Origin: Xylographa opegraphella
Lineage: Eukaryota
Direction: 5' to 3'
DNA length: 64,000 nucleotides
Assembly: GCA_022813865.1 (NCBI GenBank)
Contig: JALDZX010000012.1
Span: 310,001-374,000 of the forward strand
The position numbers and the translations under genes were made by a program. The notes under the pieces are model-generated. The model was not told where the DNA came from. It saw nothing but the letters and a program-made list of their open reading frames with translations, and did not search any database. This document shows positions 1 to 12,148 of the stretch, one piece after another (position 1 is the first letter of the stretch; the number at the start of each line of letters is the position of its first letter).

Positions 1-1163
1 ACACATACACGTGCCGGCGTCCCTTCCAGGCGCACAGAACATGCGACCCCACCCACGCGGCGCAAAGCTGACCAACTGCTTCTGCGATGCGGTCCCCGCC
101 TCCAATGGCACCAGTGGCACTCGAACCGCTGGGCCATTGCATTGGTTCAATGTCTTGCTTGCGCTGTCCAAGTATAGGAGGATGGAGAACAAGGAGAAGA
201 GAGATAACTTGCAGGGAGAGCGGGGAGAGATGCATGTTGAAAACATCAGGAATGGAACCAGCCAGATTATATCCAGGGCTGCGCCTGTGAGTCGGAGAGT
301 CTGGTCTATGGAGCGAAAAGAACGATCTGTCGGGGAGACTGGGAAGGTAGTCATGTATGAGAATAATGGAGGGAGGATATAACAGTTTTGGCATGTTTGC
401 TATTGTCAATGGAGAAGTATGTAAGAAAGACGTTTCTTGTGCGGATATCATCAACTTCAGCGGCGCCATGGGTTATGTGCCATCCACGACTTCTATCAGT
501 ATTAAAACGTTTGAAGATTTCAGCTCTGAATATGGTGAGAATCGGACTTAACGTGTGACCCATCGAAGCGCGGTAGGAATCCGATAGAAAGCAGGGAAAC
601 AGATTTGGGACGGCTGATATTTGCTAATCTTGAGGAAAGCAATTGTAGGCTGGAGCTTGCGGCAGTCACGTACTACATGCATCAGTGCTCCCTGTTGCCG
701 ATGTACTGCTGCTCGTTAATTTTGTTCACCGAACTCTTCATCATTTCTTTTCGGGGACAATTACGTATAGCAGTGGGTGCGTAGCACATCATGAAGAAGG
801 TAAATCAGCGATGTTCAACTTTACGGTCGAGCCACATGCTCCCGAAAGCCACGTAACGCGAAGGCAATGCGTGTTACAGTAATGAAGTTTGGCAGCATGT
901 TTGGAGATTGTATTCGTGTACGGAGTAAGTTGATTACTTATCTCCTCTAGGACCTAGATATCTAGATGACTGCAGGGATTTTGGACCTCGGCATTTCTCA
1001 TCCTCAAGCACTGGCAAAGTGCCAGGGCTCATCCTCTCAGTCCTCTTCTCTATCTCCTTACCTTTGGGATTAATTGACTACAGAATGCTCTCCATTCCAC
1101 CATTTCGACCTTTTCGCCGACAAATTGGCTAGAAATACCGCGAAGAACCTCTCCACATCCACA

Positions 1164-2470
1164 ATGCCCCTCGCAACCCTAATCAAGCCTCCGCCAATCG
1201 ACCCGACCAAGTCTCCCATTGAGAATGTCCTCGACCTGACTACATTGGCGGACATCGGGCCTGTGAGCTATTCCCTCGCGCCCCTCCGTATGCTCCACTT
1301 ATTTAGGGTGAGCTTCCTTACTGACTCCATTCAGGATATCTACACCAATACCCGCCCGCTCTGGCACCCCCCTGGCGCTCGCGGTATCTATGGCGGCGCC
1401 GCCATAGCACAGTCCCTCGCTGCTGCCCAGAAGACTATTCCGCCACCTTCGCCGTCCAACAACCATGCGGTGTTCCTCATCCATAGCATGCATTGCTACT
1501 TCGTGCTGGCCGGTGATGCCAGTATCCCCATTATCTACCACGTGGAGCGTGTGCGTGAGGGCAAGAGCTTCATGACACGTACTGTGCAGGCACGGCAGCG
1601 TGGCAAATGTATCTTCACAACGACAATGAGTTTCGTGCGGGAAGGCAGCGGAGGGACAAAGACGGTAGACCACGGATGGGAGATGCCGGAGGGGGTTCGG
1701 GAAGAGCTGGAGAGGGGTGCGGAGACGGAGAACGAAAGGGTCAAGCTCGAGAAGGCGGCAAATGGAGAAGAGGAGTTTGGAGCATTTGAAAGTCGAAGGC
1801 TTGGGATCACGAATAGTAAGTGAAACATGACGCGGGCGGTACACTGCAGCTTGCCTGCTGCAGGATGTCGAGACTTCGAAGCATTCGTCCGTGTCTCGAT
1901 TTGCAATGCTAAATCCTGCACTCATTAGATGATTCCGCACACCCTCACACCAAACGCACCCGTCAATGGTGCCGTGCTCGCGGCCGAATCTCCCCCTCCT
2001 CCGGCCCACAGGCACACCTCTCAGCTCTCGCCTACATGTCCGACAATTACTTCATCGGCACTGTCTCGCGGGTGCACAACCTCTGGCGCTTCGGGCGGCC
2101 CGCGACCCCATCGCCAACTCTGCCAGTTCCCATTACCGGCCCCTCATCTGCCGCACACCCCATGGCTCTCCTCGAATCTGTCGAAAACGCCGCGAACCCA
2201 ACGGCGCCGTCAATCGGTATGATGGTTTCTCTGGACCATATCATCTATTTCCACCGGCCGCGAGACATCCGTGCGGACGAGTGGCTGTTCAGCGAAATGG
2301 AAAGTCCGTGGGCGGGGGATGGGCGGGGACTGGTTTTCCAGCGAATCTGGAATAGGAACGGAGTGCTGGTGGCGAGCTGTGTGCAAGAGGGCTTGGTGCG
2401 GTTGAAGCAGGGGGAGGATGGGGCGATGGAGGAGCATAGGGAAACTGGAAGGGGTGGGAGTAAGCTTTAG
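1164..2470 (+). CDS. TES1: Acyl-CoA thioesterase II (TesB/ACOT8 family), peroxisomal
   Basis: Motifs ARGIYGGAAIAQSL, HSMHCYFVLAG, VERVREGKSF, YMSDNYFIG, MVSLDHIIYFH and SCVQEG; C-terminal SKL (PTS1). Two GT-AG introns (~1263-1334, ~1816-1928) join the ORF pieces. Confidence 0.92.
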
Positions 2471-3496
2471 AGGATTGTAGAGGGGAAATTGTGGAGTAGA
2501 GGTGATGATGGTATAGGCAGTCGGAAGAGGACTTTCTGGAAATGATAAACTACATTAGACATCTCGTCGAGGGTCTTTGCTGCAGATCCGTAACGGCAAG
2601 TTCATTGCATCGCAAGCTATACGCCAACGCGCGCCTCGATCTAGCAGCAATGCTACTACTGTATACATTCCTTCAGGCTGGGCCCTCTCGCCGAAGCTAC
2701 CTTGCTCTGTTCACTCAAAGCGTATGGATCCGGCCTCCGCCACTTGCAGTACTTCAATATTCACATACCTTTCGCCCTCTGACATATACACTGTACTCCG
2801 CGCGCTCATTCCTCATCCACCCCCTTTTCTCTCGACGATACGTACCCCTCAAGTCCAGTCCTATCAACCGTGCACCCCATTTCAGAAATTAGCTCGCTCC
2901 GCAATGTCACGCCTTCTCGGCAGCGCCCTTTCATTCTAGCGTAAGGTACCTGGGACTAGCGGTAACAGATCTAGGATCTTCAGGCCTGGCCTAAAGATGA
3001 TTGCCACTGCTGACGCTGACTAGATGCGAAGGTCCGTTGTACGAGCCTATATGGGAGCTACAGCTGTGGGGATGACATCATGACTTTTGAACGCTGGAGC
3101 GACAATGGAGCATGTGCCAAGAAGGTCGAAGGATCGTGTTGATGTCCAGGCGTGAGCCATTATGGAGGTGGAACGAGGGGAAAGTCTCATCGGACCGAAG
3201 TACTGCTTACCATAAGTGGCTTGCCGTGGGTTTTGGAGGATTGAAGACTATTTGAGCAGGCCATAAGGGCTGATGATGCTTTCTTGTGGCTGGTTGTTTT
3301 GTCCGTGTGTTTGGACATCAGTGTCGACGCTGCTAGATTTGCTGTGATGCAGTATGTGGCCTAGATGGTTCGGTTCTGAGAATAAGCCGCTGCTGGTGGT
3401 CTTGGGGAAAGTTGGATTGGAAATGTATTGCTTATATCGGAGCACAAGCCACAAGGTTTGCTTGAACAGGCACTGGGCAGAACAGAATTGCTTCCA

Positions 3497-3673
3497 GTGG
3501 TCTTCCGAAGGAACATAGAGAGTCCGGGGGTACAGAAGTGGTGAAATCAAATTCAAGGATAAGAAGCTATATGGAATCAAGCTCTGGTGGTCCGAGAAAC
3601 ATAGAGAGTTTGAGCGTACAGAAGTGGTGAATTCATAATCAAAGACAAGACGCTATTTGGGAACCAAGCTGTA
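3497..3673. repeat. Diverged ~90-bp tandem duplication
   Basis: Two copies of GTGGTC..AACATAGAGAGT..TACAGAAGTGGTGAA.TCA.A.TCAA.GA.AAGA.GCTAT.TGG.A..CAAGCT starting at ~3497 and ~3587. Confidence 0.8.
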
Positions 3674-4120
3674 GTAATGACAAAGCGGAGCGAAGTCAAA
3701 ATGGACACCCCGATCACGAGGGGGCCATGATTGATGCCTCACTCCTTGGCTTGAGACTTCGCATCTCGGCTCACCAGATAGCCGGAGTTAACATACAGCG
3801 AGATATTGCGGAGGCTGCAAAGGGATGTCATGGCGTTAAACTGGATCATGTACACACAATCCGGAAACCTCCCCTGTAGCGGACTGCCCAACAAAGCGAG
3901 GCTAGAATGGCCCATTCAGGAACTGAGCCCATGAGTGTCCCGTCGAGACTATCTAGCAATTGGTGACTCTTGCCGCAAACTTTCCGCACACCCTCCACAC
4001 AACACACGTTCCCAGACACACGGCCGAAGACACGGCGTTGCGTAGTACATGTTACAAGGCAGCATAGCTCATGACCTCGGGGTTCGGCTTTGGCGTGAAG
4101 GCCTATTGGAAGGCCGTCCG

Positions 4121-4186
4121 TAGCGCGATTTTGATATACGACAGGAGGTTAGCGCGATCTTGATATACGACAGGTGGTTAGCGCGA
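4121..4186. repeat. 29-bp tandem repeat (~2.3 copies) upstream of the CipA-like gene
   Basis: TAGCGCGATYTTGATATACGACAGGWGGT twice, followed by TAGCGCGA. Confidence 0.9.
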
Positions 4187-4386
4187 CGCAAGGTTGACCT
4201 TCTACCCATCTCGGAGTTATACTAAAAGCCGAGCGCATTTATGATATATAAAGTCGCTGGAAGACTGGAACGACCTGATTCCCTCGTGCAAGCTTCTCGC
4301 ATTCTTCAGAATTTGTAGGATACATCTCATTGTTGATCGAACCACCAGCCCAGACTTCCAGGCTTCAATTACCTCTACACTCAACC

Positions 4387-5470
4387 ATGGCGCAGGAGTA
4401 TGCAAGGAAGCAGCCGGAGGGCTTCAAGAACGTGATCGAGAACGTAGCCATTGTCGGGGTATGTCATTGCTTTACAATCTGGTCATGGGTTCTTGGGCTT
4501 TGAGCTCACTTTCGCTATGCAGGCTGGTGGGCAGTCCGGCAAGTTCATCGTCGATGCACTGCTCAAGAACGGAAAGCACAAGGTCACTGCCATCACTCGT
4601 GCAGATAGTACGAACAACATTGCAGAAGGCGTTCATGTCAAAAAGGTCGATTACAACGATCCAGCATCCTTGACCGACGCCCTCAAGGGTCAAGATGCCC
4701 TCGTCATCACCATGGGGGTCACGGCGCCAGAAGATCAGCAGACCAAGCTTATCGATGCTGCAGCCGCAGCGGGTGTGCCATGGGTACTACCCAATGAGTT
4801 CGGAGGCGATGGTCTGAACGAAGAGGCAGGCAAGGATATCTTCCTCGGCCCACGCAAGAAAGCCGCGCGTGACCAGATTGAGAAACTGGGAAAGAGCTCC
4901 TGGATCGGAATCGCTTGCGGTTTTTGGTACGAGTACAGTCTTGGCTGTGGCCCCTACACGTATGGCTTCGATTTCAAGAAGAAGACCGTCACCATGTATG
5001 ACGACGGCACCACGCGCATCAATACCAGTACCTGGCCTCAGACCGGCCGCGAGGTGGCCAACTTGCTCGGGTTGAAAGTCCTCCCGGAAGACGAGCACGA
5101 CAAGAGCGCGTGCCTGGCCCAATTCCGGAACAGGTTCGTATACGCTTCCTCCTTCACCATCAGCCAGAAGAAGATGTTCGAGTCGGTCCTTCGGGTGACG
5201 GGCGACAGTGCGGATGACTGGCAAGTCACGTACGTGCCGGTCAAGGAGGCCTATCAGGAAGGAGCGAAGATGTTGGCGAGCGGCAAGCGCATCGGGTTCG
5301 TGCAACTGCTGTATTCTCGATCATTCTTCCCCGACGGCGCAGGTAATTACGGGGCGTCCAGGGGTCTGGATAACGACAAGCTGGGTCTGCCCAGGGAGGA
5401 TTTGGACGAGGCCACGAAGGAGGGCATTCGTCTGAGGGAGAGTGGCTACTTCGACAACATGGGTCTATAA
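4387..5470 (+). CDS. NmrA-like / isoflavone-reductase-like oxidoreductase (CipA-like)
   Basis: ATG 4387 gives MAQEYARKQPEGFKNVIENVAIVG; after intron 4459-4522 AGGQSGK completes the Rossmann GAGG motif; LIDAAAAAGVPWVLPNEFG and CGFWYEYSL follow. Confidence 0.88.
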
Positions 5471-6615
5471 TGAACAGGGAATGAAACCGAAATTCATCCC
5501 TGTTCATCGATGGATGGCAGCGGATTGGAAAAGCATTGCTAAGACACAAATACTTGCTATTTTGTGAATCAGACCAAAGAGACACAATCGAAGTTTGTCA
5601 CTGGGTGCAAGATATGAGATTACATACCATAGCGGAATTAGATCTGGGAGTCGGTCTTGCCATCGCAGCCGAATCTTCTCAGTACACACTCTTGCACCGT
5701 TTGATGATATCCATGTCGTAGCCGGGGGAATCGAACCATCAGTGGTCGTGCTACCGTATCGACGATCAATGCGATGACTTGCCCCACAATATACACGCCT
5801 TGCTCCAACCACTATACCATCACCTCTCATTCCGCAACCCATTCCGACGTCCACGTATGACCCAGAAAACCTCTTCCCAAACCGGCGCGCCCGGCGCACC
5901 CGGCGCACGATCGCAAACAGGCATTGTGTCTTCCTGAATCCGTCACATCCCCTCCCTCGGATGGTTCCCTTCGCATTTGAACGGCGAAAACGGCCCGAAA
6001 CGCCCAGGGGAGACGCCAGATAACCGCTCTGTGCCTCATCTCAGTGACGGGGCTGGGTTTCCCGGTCCCGGACGGTGTTGTAATTGAAAGACCTGGCGAC
6101 GTGAGTGGAGACGTCCCAAAGGAGTTCAGCTTTCCAGTTGGCTCTGAGCGACATCTCGCTCGAACCATCAATCGAGGGAATTTAGACAGGGTTCATTCAA
6201 GGTTTGGTACGAGCTCGCACTTGGGGACCAGTGTTGACCTTTATCCATCATGAGGATTTTCATGGCTTCCAGAGATCACGTATGAAATCATTGTAGGCAC
6301 TTTTTTCAGAGTAGTATTCATGATGAGGCACAGAGGCAAAGCTAGTAGTAAGATGGAACCCTCACCTCCAGAGCAGGCGACGCTTCGAACTTGCATGTCG
6401 AAAACAGTCCATAGGCAGAACTAGCCTCGACTACGAGAGCGATCGTTGGTTCGGATGAATGACCCGAACAAAAGCTCTCAGAATATTAAATCCCCCGTCT
6501 CCAAGGTTCGCAGAGTGCCATAACAAACCCGGACACCAAAAGGCAATCCAACTCCTCCGCTATGCTTTAAAGATCCTTCATTGCGCATTTGATGGTCCTC
6601 CAGTTCCGATCGCTG

Positions 6616-7883
6616 TCACTGACTTCCGGGCCACCCGTCGGTCTGGACCCTCACAATCCGCGGCACCACTTCAGCTTCCAATTCTCGTGTTTCGCTGTAT
6701 AGTCGCCTTCCCCTCTCACTAGCTTCCAATTCAGCTTCGGCTCTCTGGGTAGTTATCTCGTAAGCATAGTCTTCATCCTCTGGTCGATATACGCCATCAC
6801 AGTGGAATGAGTCGTCTTTGATGTGTGTGCCTCGAATGAAGTCTCCTCGCTCCAGTGGATGCCGCTCACTCAATGGGATCTCGCCAATATCGTCAACTGT
6901 TCGCGTGTTGATTATGATGGGTGGACCTTCACTGGTATCTCGACTTCGCGACTGTGAGATTCTTTCTCTGGCACTTACAAATGCTTGCGGTTTTCGATCG
7001 GAGTCCATGCCCTGAAAATCACCCCTTAATAACGAGAATTGCTGCTCGAGAGGTGTCAACCCGGTATTCCGATGTTGACCACCATAGATTGTGGTTGGAG
7101 CAGCCAAATAGGTAGTTGTAGTTGTCGGCGCCGCAGATACCTTGGAGGTCTCGGGTATGTCGATACGAAAGGTACTTTGGCTGACCGCCGGGCTCGCTTT
7201 GTCTCCTTCTTTCTGCAACAACAGTCGTAGCAATTGTTGCCGTTGTAGTTCGTCTTCTGGTAGGAGTGTGTTTGATTCGGAATCAGCTCTATTTCGTCGA
7301 AAGGTATCATGTGAACGGACGGATGATATTTTGCGGAAAGTGAGGATCGCTAATGCTGCGTAAATGATCGAGGAGACCAATGCAAGGATAAGAGCGGAAA
7401 TGGATGCAGTGGTCCATTGATCTCGAGTTGCTGGATGAATTCCTAAAGCTATTCCGATATTGAGAGTACCGAGCACGCAAGACCAGAGACACGGCCTGCG
7501 ATCAGATTGTTAGCGGCGAGTCAACCCAGTCAGGAAGTTACATACATAAAAAGGACGTCAAATTGGAACAGCCAATTGTTGCAGATGAACCAGAGGGCAA
7601 CAGAGAGGGAGTATCCTAAGGCGAGTAGAATCACCGCTATGATACTGATGGCGCCTTGATTCAACTGAAGATTCGTTACGGTCTGGAACGAAGCAGGAAA
7701 CACGAGAAAGCTAACAACGATCAGTGTACGTTAGGGAAGTGGAACGCGCTCTCCTACGTACCCAAGAAGGATCATCGAAGCAGATGATATCCCTAAAAGT
7801 CTCCAGTACCATTGAGTACAATCTCTCTCTGCGTACAAATCAACGATCGTCCGCTGCGGTTGCCAGATGGGAGTGATCGCCAT
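6616..7883 (-). CDS. Hypothetical multi-pass membrane protein with long disordered C-terminus
   Basis: Three exons inferred: WYWRLLGISSASMILLG / FLVFPASF...AVILLALGYSLSVALWF / LGTLNIGIAL...LALVSSIIYAAL; C-terminal LLPEDELQRQQLLRLL motif. Confidence 0.7.
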
Positions 7884-8847
7884 TGCGAGCTGCAGAGTCA
7901 GTCGAGTGCGAAAGTGTGACTCCAAAGTTGCGGCAGTGGGTTGGTGACTATCATGTATCCCGCTCGAGGGGCAGTGAAGTTCAGGACTACTCGCGAATGT
8001 GTTGAAGGATCTGTGGGGCGCGTATCAAATGTGCCTGATCCGCGTAGAAACGCCCAAGGCCGTGCGGTGTGGGGGAACGATCTATGCGAACACTTTGTTT
8101 GTTTCTAACCTATGAACACATGACTCGACTCATATGAGATGATAGCAAGTACGGCCTTCTAGGACTTGCCCGGAGGGGCCTGAGGGAGACATGATGCGGT
8201 AAGAGTGGAAAAGCCTGGCGATGTGCTGGTGAAAGCGGCCGCTGCTCAGCCTGGTCCTTGGTGGCTTTGCTGACTACTTCGGGCCCAGGCAATTAAGGCT
8301 TAATCCATGGCTGTGCAGCGGTGAGCTGCTCCATAAGATACCTAACTTCATCCGACATTCGGGCGTCGTCTGGATCTGTCCAATCGGCAGTCAGCTGAGC
8401 TCTGCCCCAGGCTGCAAGTTCTGCAAACAGCCCACAACATGCTTGTTGACAGGGAGCGCCAAGGACTACTAATGGAAGCTGTACCAAGGCTCATGGCGGC
8501 ACGAACAGGAGCTAATATCGAAGCCCCTACCACCTTCCTGTTCGCTACCTACATAGTATCCAGCCTCGAATGTACCGTATCTTGGTACAATAACAATAAT
8601 GTTAACAAGATTCAGGTCACCCTCTCCAAAAATCAATAGTGATACATTGCACGTTTTCGAGTTCCGAGTGAGGATCATAATAATATTTACGTACGCTAGC
8701 TGCCATGGGATATCACTGAGAGCACGGCTGATAACAATCGCTCATGCAAAGGACAGCTTCAATCCAAACGACAATTCATCACGGCATCTCAATGGCATGT
8801 AGATCCAGCCTACCACCGTAATTCCTTCCTTAATTCCTTCCTCGATC

Positions 8848-10205
8848 TCACCACATTCCAGTGCAGTATAAACCAATCAACACAAGCGTGCCGGAAACCC
8901 AGATACTGGAGGTTATGGACTGGGAGCGTTTCATGCCCTCGCTCTGCAGCTTTATCAATGTACGGTTCGAGCTGTCAGCCAGAAGTTTCGATGTCACGTG
9001 TCCGGTCTGCGAAAGCTCTGTAAGCTCAGCTTTCATTGTGTTTAGAATATTGGTGGATCGGCCTGAAGGGCAGAAGATGACCTGGAATCCGCCTCCAGAA
9101 GGGATTATGAAGGTGGAAGTCTGATCGTCGAATGCTGGTCATTGTCAGCGGCAGACCACCAATCGCCTCGGGATCAGCACGTACCAAAACTATAGGCATC
9201 CGGACAAACAGCTTTTGCGTCTCGACTGTAGAGACTGGGTTGACAAACACTCGGATTATCGTAAGAACCTGTACAGCAGTCGCTGGGGTCGTTATATTTG
9301 GCGCAGGCTGAATAACAAGGGTTGAAAAGAGGTCTTTGAATATTGTCGTCTGGATAGGGGTAAACTCCATTTCCTGGCTTCGTTGGTGGTGATAGTTGAA
9401 GATCCCATGGACACCACCCTTGAACGTCAGATGCACTTTGACTTTGATCAAGCGGTATAGGATAAGACGAATTCGAGCCAAGAGTCGCGTCTGTCGTGTC
9501 ACCCTGTGCAGCCAGTAATGCTGCTGTCCCAATACACACAGGGTTTGTAAGGTTCGGTGGTATGTCGGTCAACGACGAATTTCCTGACGAGGTGTACAGT
9601 GCGACAATGCCGATAGGAATATTATACCCGTCCACGAGAGAGATATCGTAGTACGTTTGCCCAGTCGGCGATGCAAGAGTGAATTCAGCGAGGCTTACCG
9701 GTGTATTCCCCTAGTTTTCCAAGGTTAGATTTGCTGCTCAATTTTACTCCACATAAACACTACTCACAGTTACGACGCAGTTCACCACCCCATTGCAATC
9801 ACCTGTAGTACATGCACTACCTCCACCATTATTACCCCCAGCATTACTCGGTCCTGATCCGTCCGCATTGAAGCTACAATTGGTTCTTCCCCATACACGT
9901 CCTTGCCAATCAGCGCCCACAGTGAGATCCATCGTATCGCCTACCGCCAGTGGAAAACCCTGTGTCTTGGGCGGAGTGCCTGCTTGCGTTGCAATTCCTG
10001 GATAAATGAGTTCAGGACATTGATTGGTGATCTTCAATTGTCGAGACTCATCCCGCTGGCTAACATAATGTAGAGGAGCATGCTTCATATGATGAATGGC
10101 ATCCACTGCGGACAGGCTTCCGAGTATACTGAACGTCGCAAGCAGAGTGAGAAAGCGTAGTTCAAGTTGGCCCAGTGACATCGTGGTTGATAGCCTTGAC
10201 GGCAT
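8848..10205 (-). CDS. Thaumatin-like (PR-5) protein with hydrophobic C-terminal tail
   Basis: WQGRVWGRTNC, CTTGDC, LAEFTL, YDISLVDGYNIP, KAVCPDAYSF|AFDDQTSTF; two introns; N-terminal hydrophobic segment. Confidence 0.93.
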
Positions 10206-10963
10206 CTTTCTGAGAGTAATGATGCTTCGTGGTTGTCACGATGAACAGGTCTTGGTAATAAAGTCATCAACAATAGGAGAGAGTGATCGCTAGGATAAGC
10301 AGAACCAAATGAAAGTTGCTGGAGACCGTTATGCGCTCAACTGCGGATTGGCTGTGGATGTTGAGAAATTCGAAAGCTCATTTCTTGCTCAGCAAAGTCC
10401 TGCCACCGAGATAGCCAGCATCTCCGCAGGATCACCAAGTCAATAAGAGTACAAGAAGGTATTAATACACGTCGGTCCAAAACAAATGATACACCACAGC
10501 ACAACCAACACAAGAAAAGAACCCGGTGTTCAAGCCTCGAGGCACTCACTGCCAGACTCGTTGTTGTTGATGCTGCACGATGACGAAATGCTCGTGGCTG
10601 CACTTTCCTGACGTGTCTCGTGCTACGACCTTCAGTCTAGGCATCTTTGCACCTTTTGTTCATCTGCATGTCCCCAATCTACAACATTGAAGCTATCCTA
10701 GTTTTCACACGGTTTCGATCATGTCTTAACTTCAGCACATCCCATAAGCACGGTGGCTACCATATCTCCCCGGCAAGTGTTTCTGTCTATTTGTACCACG
10801 CATAAACAGTGCGAAGCATGTGTTCATGTTCAGTGTCGATAGCTTAATTGATCTCTATCAAGGCAAACAATACACTATGTCTCAAATTTTACACTATAAC
10901 TTCCCTCGCTGGAGCTGTCCAGCGCAGCATTGGGAGTTGGCCTGGATGTGACAACTCACCGGC

Positions 10964-12148
10964 TCAGCATGGAGTGCTCGCCATCACTGAGTCGCAGTAT
11001 TGAAGAGCACATTCGCCCCAACAATGTCGGCCTTTATATCTAGCCATATCTTCGGGCCAGCTGCTTACTTCATTCCTAAAAGATCTGAGTTCCTGTGAGC
11101 TGAGCTCTGCAAGTGTCTTCAACGAAGTCTTCACCGCAAATATCACAACTCCAGTTTTGGGTAATTTCGTAAATGTTTGTCGCTCGCTGCGAATGATGAT
11201 TTGTGTGGCATTGACAGGTTGGTTATCGTGCTTCAGCGGTGCAAGCTGGCAGAGTATATCCTCCAGATTTGTTTGGGTGTCTGCTACCTGCACAAAGCGA
11301 GTCGTGCGCTCCAGGTTCGTCTTCGAGGTAACCTTGGAAAAGAATCTATCGGCCATTTGAGTATTGACTACAACTGTTCCTGGATGCTTGCTTACCTTTC
11401 CACGGGGATCTCTAACTTCTTCTGCCAGAGAGGCACCGACGCGTGAAGCTTATAGAGTGGCCAGCCTAAGCGATCACTCACCGCCCATCCAACTGGAAAG
11501 CAAGTCGCCGAAGCTATACTTCACCATGTTAGCGTTCATATTCAAGAAACAAAACCTCAACTGGTCTTTGACCTACAGGACGTGTTGTCCGTCGTCGCTT
11601 CTGGAGAGGATGTTCAAGTCTTCCATGGTAAGATGTGCCGCTATCTCTAAGGCTGTCTTATGAGTGAACGGTGCAGTAAGCCGAAATACCTCTCCCGTGC
11701 TGATTATCTCTACGCGATCGACATTTTCCATGCACGAACCGTCCCGCAAGCCTGGCTTCGAACAGTATCGGAACGACTTTGGGTAATTTCTTGTTAGATT
11801 CTCTGCAACAACCGTCAAGAGCTCTTCACACACGGTTTCTGCACCACGTGTATGACCTATCACACTATTCTTCTTGTTCTGCAGCAATCTCTGTTTGATA
11901 TCGTGTTCCAAGAGATAGTTCTCATCCACTATAAGCCATCTGTCATGTTTCGGTTTATGGAGTCCCATGGTCAGGTTATAAGTGGTACGGGAGATACCGC
12001 TTACTTCTTGTTTCTTAGTATCATTCCTCTGCTTTCCTTGATAGTTGGCAGGGAGTCCAGCGGCGGACGTATCCATCAAGACGATCAAGCAGAAGATACT
12101 CAACCAAAGAATGACATCAAGTCCAATGATCAGCTCTAGAAACGACAT
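10964..12148 (-). CDS. DUF3445 / heme-dependent oxidative N-demethylase alpha-like protein
   Basis: YNLTMGL, WLIVDENY, EDLNIL, ASATCFPVGW, LHASVPLW, IRSERQTFTKLPKTGVVIFAVKT, WPEDMARYKG; two introns. Confidence 0.85.

Noticed and set aside
11..551. Short ORFs at the window start
   Set aside because: No recognisable motif; may be the tail of an upstream gene but cannot be supported.
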